This document shows, piece by piece, positions 56,793-64,000 of a stretch of DNA of 64,000 nucleotides. The first letter of the stretch is position 1; every line of letters starts with the position of its first letter. The notes under the pieces were generated by a model, which was given only the letters and a program-made list of their open reading frames with translations, was not told where the DNA came from and ran no database searches. This DNA is from a virus (taxonomy: Duplodnaviria; Caudoviricetes). The translations under genes were made by a program, and so were the position numbers. The stretch lies in IMG/VR virus record IMGVR_UViG_3300028840_001835; one strand, given 5' to 3'.

Positions 56793-57079
56793 AACAATTA
56801 GATATAAGGGTTTTTCATAGAGAAAAACCTAATGGTGTATATGTATTCATACTTGATGATTGCTTCATTTGTCAGGAGTATCTCAAGGAATTAAAGAAAA
56901 TAGATACATCGGATTGGTATCTAATTGACTGCGGACAGAATGCCGGATATTTTCTTCGACAACATAATGTGGATGATGTTCCACATACCAGAGTATATAT
57001 TGATGGAGAGATCATTTGGGAACGTTCCGGTGCATTATATGAAAAACAAAGACGGGAGTTATTTGAGAAGCTAAAATGA
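56789..57079 (+). CDS. Thioredoxin-like protein
   Basis: CFIC (CxxC), V..VP.T, downstream G. Confidence 0.7.
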   Translation: MKQLDIRVFHREKPNGVYVFILDDCFICQEYLKELKKIDTSDWYLIDCGQNAGYFLRQHNVDDVPHTRVYIDGEIIWERSGALYEKQRRELFEKLK

Positions 57080-57804
57080 TTCGATACATTGTTGCAGCAG
57101 ATAATGAGGATAACTATAACCGATTTTTAAAACCCTCGCTTGAAAAGATAGAAGCCCTTGATAGGGTTACCCTAGTATTAAATAAGGATTTAGATGAAGG
57201 TATATTCAAGAAATATAACCTTGTCTTAAATATGCTTTCAAGTAAAGGAAAGATCAATGATGAGGATGTGTTTGTTTTTGTACATGATGATGTATCGTTT
57301 GAGGATGAGAATCTAGAGGGAAAGATTGAATTATATTTTAGGTATAAAGATAACATCGGGATTGCTGGAGTAATCGGAACAACCATATTTCCGGCAGAGG
57401 GTGGATGGTGGATGTGCGACCGCTCAAAACGAACAAGGGGTAGAATTATACAAGGTCATCCCGATCAACCTGATCATGTGATGGAAGACAAAAAAGGTAT
57501 GTTTGATGACCTTGTATCGGTTGATGGATGTATATTGTTTATGAGTGGACGATTCCTAAAAGACTTTCGTTTTGATGAACAGACCTATGATGGATACCAT
57601 TTTTATGATGTAGATTCATGCTTCACCGCTTTAAGAAAAGGATTCTCCATTGGTATCATTGATGTATTGGTTAGACATGAATCTGAAGGTCCTCTCTCAG
57701 ACTCTTGGTTTACAGAACGAGACAAATTCATCAAGAAATGGACCGCCAGGGGTATGAAGTTTCCCATTCTTAGGGAACATTTATATCAGAATATAAATAG
57801 TTAA
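57076..57804 (+). CDS. Glycosyltransferase family 2-like
   Basis: FVHDDV, GIAGVIG, SVDG..L, FDE..Y.G.HFYD.D, H.S.G. Confidence 0.8.
   Translation: MIRYIVAADNEDNYNRFLKPSLEKIEALDRVTLVLNKDLDEGIFKKYNLVLNMLSSKGKINDEDVFVFVHDDVSFEDENLEGKIELYFRYKDNIGIAGVIGTTIFPAEGGWWMCDRSKRTRGRIIQGHPDQPDHVMEDKKGMFDDLVSVDGCILFMSGRFLKDFRFDEQTYDGYHFYDVDSCFTALRKGFSIGIIDVLVRHESEGPLSDSWFTERDKFIKKWTARGMKFPILREHLYQNINS
57792..57799 (+). promoter_or_regulatory. T4-type late promoter TATAAATA for the lysis cassette
   Basis: Exact consensus upstream of the endolysin. Confidence 0.75.
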
Positions 57805-57825
57805 AAGTTTATTAAATAATGAGGA

Positions 57826-58251
57826 TTGTGTATGCCGAAATTTGGAAGAAGATCATTGAGGGAACTGAAGACCTGTCATAAGGATTTACAGGACATATTA
57901 AATGAAGCAATCAAGTATGTGGACTTTTCTGTTCTACAGGGCAACCGAGACGAGGAGACCCAGAATAAGTATTTTGAACAGGGCAAGTCTAAATTAAAAT
58001 ATCCGAATAGTAAACATAACCCATATCCATCGCTTGCCGTCGATCTTGTACCATACCCTATTGATTGGGGTGACATTAAAAGAATCGGCGCGGTGGCTTT
58101 TGTGATCAAAGGAATCGCCTTCTCAAAGGGGATCAAATTAAGGCTCGGCGTTGATTGGAATAGTGATTATAGATTCACAGAGAGTTTTGTTGATTCACCA
58201 CATATCGAATTACATAGTAAATTGATTGATGGTGAGTGGGTGAGGTATTAA
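57826..58251 (+). CDS. Endolysin, M15 family L-Ala-D-Glu peptidase-like
   Basis: G.R....Q, SKH.....AVD, D.PH.EL zinc-ligand motifs. Confidence 0.88.
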   Translation: MCMPKFGRRSLRELKTCHKDLQDILNEAIKYVDFSVLQGNRDEETQNKYFEQGKSKLKYPNSKHNPYPSLAVDLVPYPIDWGDIKRIGAVAFVIKGIAFSKGIKLRLGVDWNSDYRFTESFVDSPHIELHSKLIDGEWVRY

Positions 58252-58655
58252 TGGATGGTCTAGAAGATTTTTACGAAACAATGTGCAGAATTTCTCCGGT
58301 TGGTTTATTCAGGACTGACGAGACCGGAAGGATAACTTATGTCAATCAAAAGTATGAGGACATAGCCCAAATATCAAGAGGGCAAATACTTGGGGTTGGA
58401 TGGTTTGATGCTGTTCATCTTGACGATGTGAAAAAGGTTTCTAACACCTGGTATAATGCTATTGAAAATAATCTTGATTGGAATCTTGAATTTAGATTTA
58501 GATCAAAAGATAAACAGGTCACATGGGTATTGGGTCAAGCTGCAAAGATCAATGGCGGGGGAAAGGGATATGTTGGAACCCTAACAAACATCTCCAAGAA
58601 AAAACAATTGCTTGACGAACTGATGACAATACGAACAGAGATGTTCGCATTGTAA
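58251..58655 (+). CDS. Stand-alone PAS-domain protein
   Basis: SPVGLFRTD..GRITYVN......G.GW..AVH.DD...EFRF...DG-like WVL...YVGT..NI; TAATG overlap with the endolysin stop. Confidence 0.85.
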   Translation: MDGLEDFYETMCRISPVGLFRTDETGRITYVNQKYEDIAQISRGQILGVGWFDAVHLDDVKKVSNTWYNAIENNLDWNLEFRFRSKDKQVTWVLGQAAKINGGGKGYVGTLTNISKKKQLLDELMTIRTEMFAL

Positions 58656-58667
58656 GGAGACAAGCGA

Positions 58668-58904
58668 ATGGACTTTACTTGGCCTATAGCCTTTACGGTA
58701 GTGGCCAGCGTTGTTACGATTCTGGCATTCATATATAAGTTTTTTAAGAAGGACACGACCTGGCAACAACCCGTCAATGATCTAAAAACAGATATGACTG
58801 GTGTAAAAAAGGACGTGGAGAATCTCCAGAAGGACAATGAGAAAATGAGCAACAATATGAAACAGTTGCTCGATAGGTTCATAGATTTCATCCAAAATCA
58901 CTAG
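58668..58904 (+). CDS. Putative holin (single N-terminal TM helix + coiled coil)
   Basis: PIAFTVVASVVTILAFIY; follows the endolysin; RBS AAGGAG. Confidence 0.55.
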   Translation: MDFTWPIAFTVVASVVTILAFIYKFFKKDTTWQQPVNDLKTDMTGVKKDVENLQKDNEKMSNNMKQLLDRFIDFIQNH

Positions 58905-58936
58905 AATAAAAAACAAATTATTACTATATTGAATAC

Positions 58937-59323
58937 ATGAAATTAAGTTTATTTGATCACTTGAAAAATCTGACAATCAATAAGTCGGAGTTTGATCCTC
59001 ATAATGATGAGCAAGCAAAGTCATATACTCCATATATGATAAACAGGTTCATTTCAATGACCGATGTATTGTTGCCAGTCGTAAATCAAATCAATCGTTT
59101 TGATCTTCCAAAATCCGTTCACTATAGATATTTCAAGACACTACTTCCAAAAAGAAAATTCTTTTTCAACTATATAAAGAAGAAAAAGGACGTGGACCTT
59201 GATGAGAAGAAACTACTCTGCAAGTATTTTGAGTGCGGATTAAGAGAGATTGAAAATATAATCACCGTTCTTCCAGAGGATCAGATAAAAGACATATTGA
59301 ATAAATATCGCACTGTTAAATAA
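58937..59323 (+). CDS. gp62: Clamp loader small subunit gp62
   Basis: LFD.L..L...K, Y.PYMINRFIS, HY.Y....LPK.K.F..Y.KK. Confidence 0.85.
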   Translation: MKLSLFDHLKNLTINKSEFDPHNDEQAKSYTPYMINRFISMTDVLLPVVNQINRFDLPKSVHYRYFKTLLPKRKFFFNYIKKKKDVDLDEKKLLCKYFECGLREIENIITVLPEDQIKDILNKYRTVK

Positions 59324-59326
59324 TCA

Positions 59327-59334
59327 TATAAATA
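59327..59334 (+). promoter_or_regulatory. T4-type late promoter TATAAATA
   Basis: Exact consensus, intergenic. Confidence 0.75.
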
Positions 59335-59349
59335 ATAATATGATAATAA

Positions 59350-59928
59350 ATGGTGAGGTGTTTTATGTTTTATTTTTCAAACCCAGCTGATCCCAATAAG
59401 ATGGTCGTGGAGCTTCCGCGAAATGAGGATGGCAAACAATACTGGGTTCCCATCATAGCAAAGAATAAGGAACAGTTGATTGGGTTTGTATCGGCATACA
59501 AGACCTTTTCTTTCTTCTATGATACCCCTATATCCGATATGGAATTAATGTTATCATCTGAACGATTTAGTGATATAATGAAAGATGGGGTCCGTATGAG
59601 AGAGTTGTCCAGAAACGAACTAAAGGAACGAATAAAAAAGGTACTTGACGAACCAGATCGTGGAGAACATATAGAGAATGATGAAAGTATCTATGAAGAT
59701 AACCTCATCACAGTCACCTGTCCACAATGTGGAATGTTCTATTCATTCAAGAATTCGACCGAGGTTCCTGAAGAAAATTTCAAATGTCAAATGTGTAATA
59801 GAGTAGTAATTCATTACACTGGTGTGGACGAGGATAGAGTTCAATTTGATGGGGATGCAGAGCTGATGGATAACTTAATTGCAGAGATACATTCAGAGTC
59901 CATAGGTCCCGATGATACGGAACAATGA
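59350..59928 (+). CDS. Late hypothetical protein with a C-terminal zinc ribbon
   Basis: CPQC...CQMC; start may be 59365. Confidence 0.65.
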   Translation: MVRCFMFYFSNPADPNKMVVELPRNEDGKQYWVPIIAKNKEQLIGFVSAYKTFSFFYDTPISDMELMLSSERFSDIMKDGVRMRELSRNELKERIKKVLDEPDRGEHIENDESIYEDNLITVTCPQCGMFYSFKNSTEVPEENFKCQMCNRVVIHYTGVDEDRVQFDGDAELMDNLIAEIHSESIGPDDTEQ

Positions 59929-59932
59929 ATTT

Positions 59933-59940
59933 TATAAATA
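59933..59940 (+). promoter_or_regulatory. T4-type late promoter TATAAATA heading the enzyme operon
   Basis: Exact consensus, intergenic. Confidence 0.8.
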
Positions 59941-59973
59941 ATAGTAGTATTCAGTCAATCATGGAGCTCAGAT

Positions 59974-61446
59974 ATGACAAGATTTAAAGATTTTATAACA
60001 GAGGCGTTCAAGGTCGAACAGGCTGGCAAAATGGTCGGGATCATTAAAAAGGTTCTTGAGAAACGTCTTGGAAAGAAATTATTCGATTACGGCGAAAGGG
60101 TGTTTGATGCCAAGGGCGGTCAAATGCATGGTATATTACTCGGCATAGACGGTTCTCCAAAAGCCATTCAGTTTAATTTCAAGGGTGGTGGAAAACTCAC
60201 CCAGATCCATTCCGTCGATATTTGGGATGCTACGGATAGTCCGGATCCTGCCGTAAACATTGAAACAAAAGGTCTATCAATTATTAAGATACTCCCGGCT
60301 ATAGTGAGTTTCATAGAGAAACCTGTGGTCAAGAAAGACATATTGGTCGCACCAATACAAGAGATGAGAGTGATGGACAAGGACACGATCCTAAGTGAAG
60401 GTCTTGTTGAATATGATGGAAAAGACTTTGCCTCCAAATCAGACGCCGCAATTCATGCCCTGGAACAGGGAAAGGACTCAAGATTTATTAGAAGAAATTT
60501 TGGTTTCTCCATGGCCAATCTTCAAAAGAAACTTGAGAAACTCCAAAAGAAGGGAAAGGCAACAAAGACAAAAGCATCGGCACTTGAGAAATTAAAAGTA
60601 AATCGTGGAAAGAAACTTAAAATAGTTCCCGGTTCTGATGTGAAGAAATCTTCAAAACAACTTGCCAACATCCAATATGCAGATCCAAAAACAATATTCA
60701 AAGATTTGGAATCGTTGGTCAATATGATTATTTCTGGAATCCAACCGTCCCTTCTCATAACAGGAATGGCAGGTATCGGAAAAACATTCACAGTTCAGAA
60801 GCAGCTCAAGGCCGCAGGTAAGGTGAAAGGTCAGGACTTCGTTGTGAAGAAAGGAGCCGTGTCACCATTTGGTCTATATAGAACATTATTCATTAATAGA
60901 AAAAGAATAGTGGTATTTGATGACTCTGACGATGTATTTAAAGACGCAACAGCAAAGAACATTTTGAAGGCCGCTCTTGACTCACACGATGTAAGGGATA
61001 TATCATGGGAAAGTAAGAACACCTATCCAATCAATCCTCTAGATCCCCTCTCAGACGATGAGATGGATTCTCTGGCACTTGGAGAGAAACCAATGTTTCC
61101 AAGTAACTTCATATTTGATGGTCAGGTGATCTTTATCTCTAACTTGAACATAAATCAAATTGACGCAGCCGTTAAGTCAAGGTCTTTTGCCATTGATGTG
61201 ACTCTAAAAGCGACAGATGTTTTCGCTAGGATGGAGTCGGTTCTTGACAAGATGATTCCTGATGTAGTGATCTTTGGTCAGAAAAAGACCGTTCCTATGA
61301 GTGTAAAGAAAGAAGTTCTGGAGATACTAAAGAAGGACGGAGTTGATCTGAACAAGGAAGCCAACATGAGAACGTTTCTTAATGCTGTTAAGATCAGAAT
61401 GTCTGGCGATCCAAACTGGCGACAGATGATGATCCGTTTTGCATAA
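59974..61446 (+). CDS. AAA+ ATPase with capsid-targeting-like leader (MTRFKDFITE)
   Basis: GMAGIGKT (Walker A), IVVFDDSD (Walker B), IFISN, A..SRS. Confidence 0.85.
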   Translation: MTRFKDFITEAFKVEQAGKMVGIIKKVLEKRLGKKLFDYGERVFDAKGGQMHGILLGIDGSPKAIQFNFKGGGKLTQIHSVDIWDATDSPDPAVNIETKGLSIIKILPAIVSFIEKPVVKKDILVAPIQEMRVMDKDTILSEGLVEYDGKDFASKSDAAIHALEQGKDSRFIRRNFGFSMANLQKKLEKLQKKGKATKTKASALEKLKVNRGKKLKIVPGSDVKKSSKQLANIQYADPKTIFKDLESLVNMIISGIQPSLLITGMAGIGKTFTVQKQLKAAGKVKGQDFVVKKGAVSPFGLYRTLFINRKRIVVFDDSDDVFKDATAKNILKAALDSHDVRDISWESKNTYPINPLDPLSDDEMDSLALGEKPMFPSNFIFDGQVIFISNLNINQIDAAVKSRSFAIDVTLKATDVFARMESVLDKMIPDVVIFGQKKTVPMSVKKEVLEILKKDGVDLNKEANMRTFLNAVKIRMSGDPNWRQMMIRFA

Positions 61447-61455
61447 GAGGTATAC

Positions 61456-62409
61456 ATGAGAAGATTCAAAGACTTCTATTTAAACGAAGCTATAAACACC
61501 CACGAGGCCGATATAAATGAGATACTTGTTGGATTCTATATATTGGGTCAAGGAAACAAAGGTTCATGGAAAGGTTTTCAGGATGCAGCTTCAGCTAAGA
61601 AACAACTAGCAGCAAAAAGAAAGATTGTTGGGATGTTTGCCTATGGTCTTAGATCCGGTCAGGCAAGAACGATGGCCGAGGAGATCAAGAAATGGGCAAA
61701 GAAGAATGGATATAAAGGCGAACCTGTAAAGGTCTATTGGACTGCGAGAAAAGGTGTTCTATCAAAGGCCGTTGGACAGCAAGTTGATTCTGCAAAGAAC
61801 CCGACCGATACATTGATAGAATATCCAAAAGGTAAGTTCTTAGGTATATCGGCAAAGTCAACCAAACAGAAGGCGGATATCGGTTTCAAGAATCCAGGGA
61901 TGGGAACAGTTGAAAAAGCACTCAAAATAAATCTCGGAAAGATATTAGAGGACGCAGAGAAAGTCATTATAAAGAAACACAAATTATCTCCAAGTAGACC
62001 AAAGAGAAAATTAGAGATACGTGCAGATGCTAATCTTCAAAAAAAGACTAAAGAGGCTGGAAGAAAAGTTCTCTCTGACATGGCCGATGTATTAATGGCT
62101 AAACTTAAAAAGATGAAGCAGAAGGATCTACTTAATTATATACTTGACGATTGGATGGACGCAAAAGATACATTTCCTCCATATATAAAAGTAACAGGTA
62201 TGGGTTCAAAGGAACCTTTTTCTGCAAACATAACAGACCCATTAAGAAACGAGAAATTAGACAAATTATATTCATCCAAGATTACAATTGATAAGACGGG
62301 TAATGATAATGTTATCATCTCTGCTGGTGGAAAGCGAATAATGATGATGCGCCCGAAGTTCGCCTCTGAACAGATGGCGAGTAATATCAAATTTAGTGGC
62401 CAACCATAA
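61456..62409 (+). CDS. Putative PD-(D/E)xK restriction-endonuclease-like protein with leader MRRFKDFYLNE
   Basis: ADINE early helix; NPTD...GISAK catalytic-like motif. Confidence 0.5.
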   Translation: MRRFKDFYLNEAINTHEADINEILVGFYILGQGNKGSWKGFQDAASAKKQLAAKRKIVGMFAYGLRSGQARTMAEEIKKWAKKNGYKGEPVKVYWTARKGVLSKAVGQQVDSAKNPTDTLIEYPKGKFLGISAKSTKQKADIGFKNPGMGTVEKALKINLGKILEDAEKVIIKKHKLSPSRPKRKLEIRADANLQKKTKEAGRKVLSDMADVLMAKLKKMKQKDLLNYILDDWMDAKDTFPPYIKVTGMGSKEPFSANITDPLRNEKLDKLYSSKITIDKTGNDNVIISAGGKRIMMMRPKFASEQMASNIKFSGQP

Positions 62410-62412
62410 ATA

Positions 62413-62736
62413 ATGAAATATCTATTATGTATATTATTGACCTTGTTATTATCATGTACATCAACAACAAGGCCTTTAAGTGAACGAGGATTGAGTCAAT
62501 CAAAACGGGTTGAGTATATTGAGAAAAATGGTGCTAGATATTCACCAAAGACCAAGCAACAATTCATAGAGAAAAGAATTGGCCCCGGATTCGATAGAGA
62601 CTTGGTCGAGATAATGTATGGGAAACCAAACATGGTTGTTCAAGATAGTATATGGTACTATACCGATAAATGGGGAGACGCTTTGATACGAATTGAGTTT
62701 GAGTCCAGCGGATTTGTAAAGACAGCAGAAAGGTGA
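62413..62736 (+). CDS. Lipoprotein (SmpA/BamE-like motif)
   Basis: Signal peptide with lipobox LLSC; G..R..V...YGKP....W.Y. Confidence 0.65.
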   Translation: MKYLLCILLTLLLSCTSTTRPLSERGLSQSKRVEYIEKNGARYSPKTKQQFIEKRIGPGFDRDLVEIMYGKPNMVVQDSIWYYTDKWGDALIRIEFESSGFVKTAER

Positions 62737-62741
62737 TGAGA

Positions 62742-63218
62742 ATGAGATTTGAACAACTACTGGCAGAAGGCAAAACAGTTACCGCCGGAATACTTCAATA
62801 TAGATTCAAAGGAAATACACTTCAAGTGTTTCTTGCAAAACCAGGAGGCCCTCTCTGGAAAGGACGAGATGATGGCTCTTGGTCGATTCCAAAAGGAAAA
62901 GTCAATGATGGGGAGACGCCAAAAAGGGCGGCCGTTCGTGAGTTTAGTGAGGAGATTGGAGTCCGTCCAGTAACCAAAAACATGATGAGTCTTGGTTCTG
63001 CACCGCTTGCCAATAAAACAATGTATGTATGGGCCGTCGAGGGTGAAAAAGAATTCAAGCGAAGTAATACATTTGAGATGGAATGGCCTCCAAAGAGCGG
63101 TAAGATGAAAAAGTTCCCGGAGATCGAGACAGCAAGATTTTACAATATACCGGAAGCATTAAGAAAAATAAATCAAAGACAGAAGGTTTTCATAGAGAGA
63201 TTACAGGATAATTTATGA
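62742..63218 (+). CDS. NUDIX hydrolase with leader MRFEQLLAE
   Basis: GKVNDGETPKRAAVREFSEEIG Nudix box; PGGP.W...D.GSWSIPKG; WPPKSG....FPE. Confidence 0.9.
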   Translation: MRFEQLLAEGKTVTAGILQYRFKGNTLQVFLAKPGGPLWKGRDDGSWSIPKGKVNDGETPKRAAVREFSEEIGVRPVTKNMMSLGSAPLANKTMYVWAVEGEKEFKRSNTFEMEWPPKSGKMKKFPEIETARFYNIPEALRKINQRQKVFIERLQDNL

Positions 63219-63448
63219 ACTGGAGAGGATATATAGTATTATTGTTATTGTTAGGCTGTACTGCTTCTGCGACTTACAAAAAGGTAAAGGTGCGTGATAA
63301 GGTTGTCGATATATATTCTGAAGAAGATAAATGTATATATGTGTTTGAGCCAACGAATAATAAAAGGATATTGGTAAAAGATATATGTGGATTGTGCGCA
63401 GTTGGAGATACACTTATAAGAACAAAATATGTGGTGGAAGATAAATGA
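63215..63448 (+). CDS. Small lipoprotein
   Basis: Signal peptide with lipobox LLGC. Confidence 0.6.
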   Translation: MNWRGYIVLLLLLGCTASATYKKVKVRDKVVDIYSEEDKCIYVFEPTNNKRILVKDICGLCAVGDTLIRTKYVVEDK

Positions 63449-64000
63449 GATTTCGTGATGTATATAATGAGAGGGTTTTAACCGAAGCGCAAAAGGTTTT
63501 TAAGGATTGGGAGGGTTACATAAAACGTATCCCGATTCTAAAGAAGGGCGTGGAGATACTTAAAGTGCTTGAGAAACACGGTCAGGCATACATTGTTGGT
63601 GGCGCCGTTCGTGATATAATCTCTGGAGAAAAGAAACCAGATGATATAGACATCGCAACGAATGTTCCAATGGAAAAGATTGAATCCTTATTCAAGACCC
63701 ATGACATTGGTGCCAATAAGGATTTTGGTATAGTCGTGGTTAAACACAAGGGTGAGGATTTTGAGATAGCTCAGTTTAGAAAAGATGGAACATATACGGA
63801 TGGTAGGCGGCCAGACAAGATAGAGGTTGTAGCAACATTTAAAGGAGATGCAGAGAGAAGGGATTTCACCATAAACGCCATGGCGGTCGATAGTAAGGGC
63901 AATATAATAGATCACTTTGATGGTCAGGGTGATATAAAGAATAAGACCCTAAGGGCCGTCGGCGACCCGGACAAAAGGTTTAGTGAGGATTACCTGAGAA
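63445..64000 (+). CDS. Class II CCA-adding tRNA nucleotidyltransferase / poly(A) polymerase family, partial (not in track)
   Basis: Hand-translated MRFRDVYNERVLTEAQ...YIVGGAVRD...DIDIAT...FEIAQFRKD...DAERRDFTINAMA...GDPDKRFSEDYLR. Confidence 0.92.
   Translation, partial: MRFRDVYNERVLTEAQKVFKDWEGYIKRIPILKKGVEILKVLEKHGQAYIVGGAVRDIISGEKKPDDIDIATNVPMEKIESLFKTHDIGANKDFGIVVVKHKGEDFEIAQFRKDGTYTDGRRPDKIEVVATFKGDAERRDFTINAMAVDSKGNIIDHFDGQGDIKNKTLRAVGDPDKRFSEDYLR

Noticed and set aside
1-64000. Stop-codon reassignment (alternative genetic code)
   Set aside because: Core genes are full length in code 11, and TAA, TAG (e.g. 29948, 45666, 47909) and TGA (e.g. 38170, 59928) all end genes at coupled junctions.
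1-64000. tRNA or rRNA genes, DGR, IS elements
   Set aside because: No cloverleaf or T-loop signature in the few intergenic gaps (two of which hold small ORFs), and no reverse transcriptase or transposase. I checked by eye only, so tRNAscan should confirm.

Overview
This window is a 64 kb segment of a large T4-superfamily (T4-like myovirus) phage genome, AT-rich, standard genetic code 11. The left ~27 kb is almost all minus-strand late/virion genes: two giant proteins ending in gp25-like baseplate domains, DUF2341/LamG adhesin-like proteins, neck gp13, head module gp23-22-21-(67)-20, gp2, a collagen fibre, uvsW, uvsY and two arrays of small ORFs. The right ~37 kb is plus-strand replication and accessory genes: gp46/47, sigma gp55, gp43, GroES, uvsX, gp41, gp59/32/61, RuvC, RNase H, gp4, class II RNR, gp45/44/62, a lysis cassette and a late enzyme operon that runs off the end. 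Eighteen exact T4 late-promoter motifs (TATAAATA) fall where late genes are expected. The two most notable signals: (1) a CmoA (carboxy-SAM synthase) homolog next to two C5-cytosine methyltransferase paralogs, both with Arg in place of the motif-X Asn (GRAVPP), pointing to 5-carboxymethylcytosine DNA hypermodification; (2) about 15 late ORFs, including an AAA+ ATPase, a PD-(D/E)xK-like nuclease, a NUDIX hydrolase and a CCA-adding enzyme, start with a T4-type capsid-targeting leader (M-x-F/W-xx-Y/F-L/I-x-E), suggesting an enzyme payload packed in the head and injected at infection. Also notable are a PAS-only protein coupled between endolysin and holin, and a mini-protein carrying a 32-aa piece of the major capsid protein. 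All assignments come from motif recognition by eye; no database searches were run. I saw no tRNA, rRNA, CRISPR array or IS element.
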